From positions 1-52,618 of IMG/VR virus record IMGVR_UViG_3300005527_000074: a stretch of 52,618 nt of DNA; one strand, given 5' to 3'. The translations under genes and the position numbers were made by a program. Source of the DNA: a virus (Duplodnaviria; Caudoviricetes). Positions within the stretch are counted from its first letter, which is position 1, and each line of letters starts with the position of its first letter. This document shows positions 47,205 through 52,618 of this stretch, piece by piece. The notes below the pieces were generated by a model. It was not told the DNA's origin, did not search any database, and saw nothing but the letters and a program-made list of their open reading frames with translations.

Positions 47205-47908
47205 CCGACTGTGCCTGTGTAATACACGGCGAAACATACAGTTGGGACTATGTAGAAAAATTATACCGCATGTTGTCGCGGCACTTGCCCAATGGTATAC
47301 GTTTGCATGTGTACACCGAAGCGCATAGAACTGTGCCCGGCCACATGATCAAGCATGAACTCATGGAATGGCCAGGTGTGAATGGTCCCAAACGATCATG
47401 GTGGTACAAGATGCAGTTGTTTGACAATGCACATTTTTCTGGGCCGCTGTTGTACCTGGATCTTGATGTGGTGGTCTACAACAATTTGAATTGGGTACGT
47501 GAAGCGCATCTTGACTGCTTTTGGACCATTAGAGATTTTAAATATTTGCAAAGGCCTGGCTACGACAAAATGAACAGCAGTTTGATGTACTGGGACACAA
47601 CCAAATTTGGTTGGGTGTGGGATAAGTTTTGTGAAGAAGACATTTCCAAAGTTGTCACACGCTGGCCCGGCGATCAAGACTATATCAATCAAGTCATCCA
47701 ACCCAGCCAACGCAGATACTTTGATGATCAGCATTTCCAAAGCTTTAGATGGCAAGCACTGGATGGGGGCATGAACTTTAGAGCCAGGAAAGCCAACCAG
47801 CCTGGCGGAGGTGTAAGACTCAGTCCCGATGCCAGTGTGCTGGTATTCCATGGCAAGCCCAAGCCACACGAAGTCACTCACCCTCAAATTCAACAACTGT
47901 GGAACTAA
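47168..47908 (+). CDS. GT-A glycosyltransferase
   Basis: WWYKMQLF, LYLDLDVV (DxD), NSSLM.W, GDQDYI, VFHGKPKP. Confidence 0.8.
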   Translation: MAKKNRTSTDPVTDCACVIHGETYSWDYVEKLYRMLSRHLPNGIRLHVYTEAHRTVPGHMIKHELMEWPGVNGPKRSWWYKMQLFDNAHFSGPLLYLDLDVVVYNNLNWVREAHLDCFWTIRDFKYLQRPGYDKMNSSLMYWDTTKFGWVWDKFCEEDISKVVTRWPGDQDYINQVIQPSQRRYFDDQHFQSFRWQALDGGMNFRARKANQPGGGVRLSPDASVLVFHGKPKPHEVTHPQIQQLWN

Positions 47909-47922
47909 CACTTTTGTAGTAC

Positions 47923-47951
47923 TTGACCAATTATGAGCTTTTTGCTATAAT
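47923..47951 (+). promoter_or_regulatory. Early sigma70-type promoter
   Basis: TTGACC-N17-TATAAT with TGC; ATG 6 nt downstream. Confidence 0.85.
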
Positions 47952-47957
47952 TGATCT

Positions 47958-48383
47958 ATGCTATATTTTGCCTATGGAATGAACACCAACTCACAAGGAA
48001 TGGCCCGACGTTGTCCGGCCGCTGTGAGTCACGGTCGTGCTGTGTTGCTGGATCATGTGTTTCGCTTTGCCGGTCCCGCTGACGTTGTAAAATGTCCTGA
48101 CAGCTATGTGGACGGAGTGCTGTGGAGTATCACACCCCAGTGTCTCAATGCCCTGGATATCCTAGAAGGATATCCTTATTACTACAATCGCAGGTTCAAA
48201 AAAGTGTTGTTCCAAGGCCGTGTGTGCCAGGCCATGACCTACTACATGCAACCTGGGCACCTTGACAGCGAGCCCAGTGCAGGCTACTTTGACATGGTTG
48301 TAGAGGGCTATCGTGAGCATGGTGTGCCCACAGAACAGCTCTATAATTCTGTATACTTTAGTACTACCTTAGAACCCTACTAA
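47958..48383 (+). CDS. Gamma-glutamylcyclotransferase-family protein
   Basis: LYFAYGMN, GVLW, LDILEGYP..Y. Confidence 0.85.
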   Translation: MLYFAYGMNTNSQGMARRCPAAVSHGRAVLLDHVFRFAGPADVVKCPDSYVDGVLWSITPQCLNALDILEGYPYYYNRRFKKVLFQGRVCQAMTYYMQPGHLDSEPSAGYFDMVVEGYREHGVPTEQLYNSVYFSTTLEPY

Positions 48384-48401
48384 ACCCTAGGGTTTTTTGG
48401 T

Positions 48402-48430
48402 TTGACCAATATTTCCCAATTTGCTATAAT
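48402..48430 (+). promoter_or_regulatory. Early sigma70-type promoter
   Basis: TTGACC-N17-TATAAT with TGC. Confidence 0.9.
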
Positions 48431-48460
48431 ATGGGTATAGTGAGCAACAAGGAGCCAGCA

Positions 48461-48667
48461 ATGGGTTACAAGGTTATTGAAGTTGACAACATGCGTGACA
48501 AATACGGTGCTCGCCCAGGCCTAGAAGGCCCGTTCAACTTCTCGGGCCGAGTGTTGTATTATGACAACAAAGAAGGCGCATACTATGACCCCCGTACTGA
48601 TTTCTATGTAGGCCAGGACGAAATGGACGCAATTAACCAACATTTTTACGAAATTCTTAAAAAGTAG
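48461..48667 (+). CDS. Small hypothetical early protein (68 aa)
   Basis: AAGGAGCCA RBS; MGYKVIE...GLEGPF...YYDNKEGAYYDP. Confidence 0.8.
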   Translation: MGYKVIEVDNMRDKYGARPGLEGPFNFSGRVLYYDNKEGAYYDPRTDFYVGQDEMDAINQHFYEILKK

Positions 48668-48690
48668 TACTTTTTAGTACTATTTTTTGG

Positions 48691-48719
48691 TTGACCAAAT
48701 ATTCCCATTTTGCTATAAT
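48691..48719 (+). promoter_or_regulatory. Early sigma70-type promoter
   Basis: TTGACC-N17-TATAAT with TGC. Confidence 0.9.
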
Positions 48720-48749
48720 AGAAGCATAGTAAGAAACAAGGAGCCACTA

Positions 48750-48926
48750 ATGAACTTTGAACAAGCCATGCAAGTTGTCCAGCAATACCAAAAAGATTGG
48801 GCCATTAAAGGTCTATTAGAAACCCTGGAACAAATGCAAGATTCCCAAGAAGATCTAACATTCAACGAAGCCCGTGCTTATCGTGTGGTTTTCAGCGAAA
48901 TGGGCAAGCTCTTTGCCCCGGCCTAA
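48750..48926 (+). CDS. Small hypothetical early protein (58 aa)
   Basis: AAGGAGCCA RBS; MNFEQAMQ. Confidence 0.75.
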   Translation: MNFEQAMQVVQQYQKDWAIKGLLETLEQMQDSQEDLTFNEARAYRVVFSEMGKLFAPA

Positions 48927-48930
48927 GCGG

Positions 48931-48959
48931 TTGACCAATAAATCCCAATCTGCTATAAT
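48931..48959 (+). promoter_or_regulatory. Early sigma70-type promoter
   Basis: TTGACC-N17-TATAAT with TGC. Confidence 0.9.
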
Positions 48960-48989
48960 ACAATTTTAACGCACAAAAAGGAGCCAACT

Positions 48990-50009
48990 ATGAGTGCAAT
49001 TCGTGTAATTAACGGTGTTTATCGCAACAAGCCCGTTCGCAATGTTACCTTTAACCTGGTGAAAGGTTACAGCGAAGGTAGCAAAGGCGGGTTTGTTACT
49101 GTACAATCTGATGGCTATTTTGGCCCGGAGTTTGATGTGGTGCGTATCCGTGTTGACGGCATTCGCGATTTTGAATATGTAAATGGGGTAGAAGCTGTGA
49201 AAGAAAACACCGTGAAGTTTGAGAAGACTGTAGAGACTGATGAGCAAGCCATGGATCGTATCCGTGAGCGTTTTGACATCCTGCATGAGATGACCAAGGC
49301 CTGTGTCGGCGGCGACATCCGTGCCATGATCGTGTCGGGCCCTCCTGGCGTTGGCAAGAGCTTTGGTGTGGAGCAAGAGATTGACAAGGCTACTTTGTTT
49401 GACAAGCTGGCTGGCAAACGTCTTAAGGCCGAGGTTGTTAAAGGCTCAGCCAGTCCTATCGGCCTGTACAAAACTCTGTACAAATACTCAGATGCCAATT
49501 GTGTGTTGGTGTTTGATGACTGTGACAGCATCTTGCTGGACGACGTTGCTCTTAACTTGCTGAAGGGTGCTCTGGACTCCGGCAAGAAGCGTAAGATTTC
49601 CTGGTTGAGCGAGAGCCGTGTATTGAGCCATGAGGGTATTCCAGACAGTTTTGAGTTCAAGGGTTCGGTAATTTTTATTACCAACTTGAAGTTTGACACC
49701 ATGCGTTCGCAGAAATTGCGGGACCACTTGGATGCACTGCAAAGCCGATGCCACTACTTGGACTTGACACTTGACACCATGCGTGACAAGGTCCTGCGTA
49801 TCAAGCAGATTGCCAAGGATGGTATATTGTTTGCAGACTACGATTTTGAAGAGTGTGTGCATGACGACATTATCAACTTCATGGACGAGAATCAGAATCG
49901 TTTGCGTGAGATGAGTTTGCGTATGGCGTTGAAGATTGCCGACTTGCGCAAGATGTCAGTGTTGAACTGGAAGCGTCTTGCAGAGACCACTTGCATGAAG
50001 GCAGCCTAA
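48990..50009 (+). CDS. AAA+ / P-loop ATPase
   Basis: GPPGVGKS Walker A, VLVFDD Walker B, IFITN sensor, ALQSR arginine finger; AAGGAGCCA RBS. Confidence 0.9.
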   Translation: MSAIRVINGVYRNKPVRNVTFNLVKGYSEGSKGGFVTVQSDGYFGPEFDVVRIRVDGIRDFEYVNGVEAVKENTVKFEKTVETDEQAMDRIRERFDILHEMTKACVGGDIRAMIVSGPPGVGKSFGVEQEIDKATLFDKLAGKRLKAEVVKGSASPIGLYKTLYKYSDANCVLVFDDCDSILLDDVALNLLKGALDSGKKRKISWLSESRVLSHEGIPDSFEFKGSVIFITNLKFDTMRSQKLRDHLDALQSRCHYLDLTLDTMRDKVLRIKQIAKDGILFADYDFEECVHDDIINFMDENQNRLREMSLRMALKIADLRKMSVLNWKRLAETTCMKAA

Positions 50010-50010
50010 C

Positions 50011-50127
50011 ATGTATGAAATATGGGATGGCGACCTGTATTTGTACTCGGTGGATACCGAGTACGAAGCAGATGAACAGCGTGAAGCAGGCTTCACAGTC
50101 AAATGTCTAGAGTATTACGGAGCATGA
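50011..50127 (+). CDS. Small acidic protein (38 aa, not in ORF track)
   Basis: MYEIWDGDLYLYSVDTEYEADEQREAGFTVKCLEYYGA; 1-nt gaps to both neighbours. Confidence 0.6.
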   Translation: MYEIWDGDLYLYSVDTEYEADEQREAGFTVKCLEYYGA

Positions 50128-50128
50128 T

Positions 50129-50311
50129 ATGAGTTGGGTACTGATTTTGTTTGTGCATGCTGGCATGCTGAGTGAAAAGGATAGCATGGCTATCACTACT
50201 GTTTCGGGCTTTAAGTCCGAAACAGTGTGCATGACAGCTGGTAAACAGAGTGAGGCTCTGGTCAAACGCACAACCAAAGAAGTGCGGTTTGTTTGTGTCA
50301 AACAAGACTGA
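50129..50311 (+). CDS. Small protein with hydrophobic N-terminus (60 aa)
   Basis: MSWVLILFV...F.SETVC..AG...CVKQ; tightly packed in the operon. Confidence 0.65.
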   Translation: MSWVLILFVHAGMLSEKDSMAITTVSGFKSETVCMTAGKQSEALVKRTTKEVRFVCVKQD

Positions 50312-50312
50312 C

Positions 50313-50381
50313 ATGGATAGTGATAAGGCTTTCTTTGGCACCATACTGGCATTGATTATTTTTGCAATAGCGATGGTTTAG
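50313..50381 (+). CDS. 22-aa transmembrane peptide (not in ORF track)
   Basis: MDSDKAFFGTILALIIFAIAMV; 1 nt after the upstream stop. Confidence 0.45.
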   Translation: MDSDKAFFGTILALIIFAIAMV

Positions 50382-50385
50382 TTTT

Positions 50386-50450
50386 CCTGGGCATACAAAC
50401 GGTTGGCTCCGGCCCAGGCTTTACACAGGGACTTCGGTCCCTGTTTTTTT
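50386..50450 (+). ncRNA. Candidate structured RNA with an anti-RBS loop
   Basis: Stem cctgggc/gcccagg encloses GTTGGCTCC, complementary to GGAGCCAAC; a terminator hairpin follows. Confidence 0.45.
50425..50450 (+). terminator. Intrinsic terminator with cUUCGg tetraloop
   Basis: acagggac-ttcg-gtccctgt followed by a T run. Confidence 0.92.
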
Positions 50451-50477
50451 GACTTTTTCTAGCGGTAAGTATATACT
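50449..50477 (+). promoter_or_regulatory. Sigma70-type promoter overlapping the terminator T tract
   Basis: TTGACT-N17-TATACT; ATG 6 nt downstream. Confidence 0.75.
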
Positions 50478-50483
50478 GTTACA

Positions 50484-51341
50484 ATGCCGCAACATCTGCT
50501 GATACATCTAAGCCACGGACTAGAACTAAAATTCCAAATACGATCAACCCCGCTTGCTGAGTTATGGGTTGAACGTATGCAAGCCCGCGGCAGTTATCCC
50601 TTGGATCATCCAGATAGATTTTACGGCTTTGGCTCCAAATTGGAAGAGCGTATTCGCGCCGAAATCATGATCCAACAATGTATCACGACAATCAACCAAC
50701 ATAAAGCCATTATTGAACGTGGGTTTGATTGGAGCCAGGACTGTCTCAATTACTTGCACAACATTTTTGAACGCTACCATGGACTGCTAGATCAACAGAC
50801 ATCAGAATACTGGCAACAGGCACCAGTTGCTGTGAGACAGGCACTGTCAGAATTGAACCTGGCAGTACATAGATGTGAGACTGTGCTTGAAGGTGTGAAA
50901 CCAAGATTTGTTTGCACTTGGTTTGGTATGCCCAAGACAAAGAAACTTAATCCTGTGCAGTTAGCGCAATGGGGCGAAACGCAAATACAATTTGGAACTG
51001 TGTATCTCAATTATTGTGAAATTGGAAAAACAGTTGAGGACCTAGCACACGACAATGATGAGTATATAGGTGAGGATGCATTCCGACCTTTTGGTCACTA
51101 CAGTGCCGATTTTCATGTGGTATTTTTCAATCACGATTTAAGCTTCAAAGAGCCAGGTATGCAACAGTACATTGATCAACACCAAGATTTTTTTCTTGCC
51201 CATGGCATCACAAGTGTGTATAATGCAATAGCACAACCCTTGCGTTTTCCTGTGGCAGATTTGCAGTATGCCGGACAACCACAACAACTCATACAAGAAA
51301 TAGCACGCCAACAACGTGTGCTTGAAGTTGATATACAATGA
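50484..51341 (+). CDS. Hypothetical protein, LNxLH / NxxxHxxE family (paralog of 37099)
   Basis: QDCLNYLH, LNLAVHRCE, GTVYLNYCEIGK; ATGA-coupled to uvsW. Confidence 0.7.
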   Translation: MPQHLLIHLSHGLELKFQIRSTPLAELWVERMQARGSYPLDHPDRFYGFGSKLEERIRAEIMIQQCITTINQHKAIIERGFDWSQDCLNYLHNIFERYHGLLDQQTSEYWQQAPVAVRQALSELNLAVHRCETVLEGVKPRFVCTWFGMPKTKKLNPVQLAQWGETQIQFGTVYLNYCEIGKTVEDLAHDNDEYIGEDAFRPFGHYSADFHVVFFNHDLSFKEPGMQQYIDQHQDFFLAHGITSVYNAIAQPLRFPVADLQYAGQPQQLIQEIARQQRVLEVDIQ

Positions 51342-52618
51342 AACGATGCACCATACAAATTCGAGATGAAGTTAACATCAAGTTAGAAGGCCTAGACCTT
51401 GACATGCGTCGCCGCTTGGTCACAGCATTCAAGTATGATGTGCCTTATGCTAGATATCTACCCGCAGTGAGACTGGGCAGGTGGGATGGAAAAGTCAGCT
51501 ACTTCCAATTGGGTGGATCAACCTACACCAATCTCTTGCCAGAGATCTTGCCCATACTGGAACAGTATAACTGGGATGTTGAGCTAGACGATCAACGCGA
51601 CTACTCAACTACATTTGAGTTTGATCAAGTTACAGAACAAACATTTGCACACAAGACTTGGCCCAAAGGACATCCTGCAGAAGGTGAACCTATCATGTTG
51701 CGTGATTATCAGGTAGAGATTGTGAACAACTTCTTGACCAACCCACAATGCATACAGGAAGTGGCCACAGGCGCAGGCAAGACTATAATGACAGCTACCT
51801 TGAGTGCCGCAGTAGAGCCACACGGTCGAAGTATTGTAATTGTGCCTAACAAGAGTCTTGTTACACAAACAGAAAAAGACTATCGCAATGTTGGCTTGGA
51901 TGTGGGTGTTTACTTTGGCGACAGAAAAGAACATGGACGCACACATACCATCTGCACTTGGCAAAGTCTAAATGTTTTGTTAAAGAATACCAAGGCTGGA
52001 GTAGGTGAAGTGACCATACAAGACTTTATTGAGGATGTGGTGTGTGTGATGGTAGACGAAGTACACATGGCCAAAGCAGATGCACTCAAAACCCTGCTCA
52101 CAAGCGTGATGGCAAGAGTGCCAATTCGCTGGGGTTTGACTGGAACCATCCCCAAAGAAAAGTTTGAAAGCCAAGCCTTGTTGGTGAGCCTGGGACCAGT
52201 GATAGGCCGTCTCAGTGCCAATGAGCTGCAACAACAAGGGGTGTTAGCGCAGTGTCATGTGAACATTGTGCAGTTGCAGGACCATGTGGAGTACTCCAAC
52301 TACCAAAGCGAGCTTAAATACCTGTTGGAAGAGTCAGGCAGACTAGATGCCATGAGTGAACTCATACGCCATGTAAATGAAACAGGCAACACCCTAGTAC
52401 TGGTGGATCGCACCGAATGCGGCCGACAGTTGGTTGAACGACTGGGCGAACGTGCTGTGTTTGTGTCAGGTGCAACCAAAGCAAAAGATAGACAAGATGA
52501 ATATGACGAAGTGGCGGACAGCACTGATAAGATTATTGTGGCTACCTATGGTGTTGCCGCTGTGGGTATTAATATCCCTAGGATTTTTAATTTGGTTCTT
52601 GTGGAACCCGGGAAAAGT
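51338..52618 (+). CDS. uvsW: SF2 DNA helicase UvsW-like, 3'-truncated by the window
   Basis: Translated by hand: GRWDGK, LRDYQ, ATGAGKT, DEVH, GLTGT, ATYGVAAVGINIPR; no stop before the window end. Confidence 0.92.
   Translation, partial: MKRCTIQIRDEVNIKLEGLDLDMRRRLVTAFKYDVPYARYLPAVRLGRWDGKVSYFQLGGSTYTNLLPEILPILEQYNWDVELDDQRDYSTTFEFDQVTEQTFAHKTWPKGHPAEGEPIMLRDYQVEIVNNFLTNPQCIQEVATGAGKTIMTATLSAAVEPHGRSIVIVPNKSLVTQTEKDYRNVGLDVGVYFGDRKEHGRTHTICTWQSLNVLLKNTKAGVGEVTIQDFIEDVVCVMVDEVHMAKADALKTLLTSVMARVPIRWGLTGTIPKEKFESQALLVSLGPVIGRLSANELQQQGVLAQCHVNIVQLQDHVEYSNYQSELKYLLEESGRLDAMSELIRHVNETGNTLVLVDRTECGRQLVERLGERAVFVSGATKAKDRQDEYDEVADSTDKIIVATYGVAAVGINIPRIFNLVLVEPGKS

Noticed and set aside
48395-48990. 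Repeats separated by unique sequence, superficially CRISPR-like
   Set aside because: The repeats are degenerate promoter/RBS units, the 180-210 nt intervals are ORFs, and no cas genes are present.
806-52524. Many antisense or nested ORFs in the six-frame track (e.g. 806..1225, 18781..19410, 25109..25858, 49115..49702)
   Set aside because: They shadow well-supported genes on the other strand or frame and lack motifs, RBS or promoters.
1-52618. Stop-codon reassignment
   Set aside because: Core genes are full length in the standard code, and TAA, TGA and TAG all end genes at sensible junctions.
1-52618. tRNA or rRNA genes
   Set aside because: Intergenic gaps are short and explained by promoters or terminators; no cloverleaf or T-loop consensus was seen by eye.

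Overview
This 52.6 kb window comes from a large T4-like (myovirus) dsDNA phage genome using the standard genetic code; both ends fall inside a gene. Recognisable core genes are tail-fibre-like proteins, gp15, gp14, gp13, a DexA-like exonuclease, dNMP kinase, gp18 sheath, gp19 tube, gp4, probable gp16, gp17, gp32, UvsX, UvsY and UvsW. Accessory blocks are interleaved: three radical SAM enzymes with a 2OG-Fe(II) oxygenase, an SGNH-like protein and a GT10-like protein; an ~8.3 kb glycan-synthesis locus; several head-packaged proteins with T4-type capsid-targeting N-termini and many protease-type cleavage sites; and an array of early promoter-RBS-ORF cassettes. Two promoter classes are readable: sigma70-type TTGAC(C/A/T)-N17-TA(T/C)A(A/C)T and T4-late-type (TA)TAAATA. 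Many sit only 4-7 nt before an ATG, implying leaderless mRNAs. The strongest candidates for undescribed biology are (1) a ~65 nt structured RNA at 50386-50450 whose loop is complementary to the GGAGCCA ribosome-binding sites shared by three early genes, (2) a late-expressed glycosylation/radical-SAM toolkit that may modify the virion, and (3) modular internal polyproteins. All calls are from motif recognition by eye; no database searches were run.
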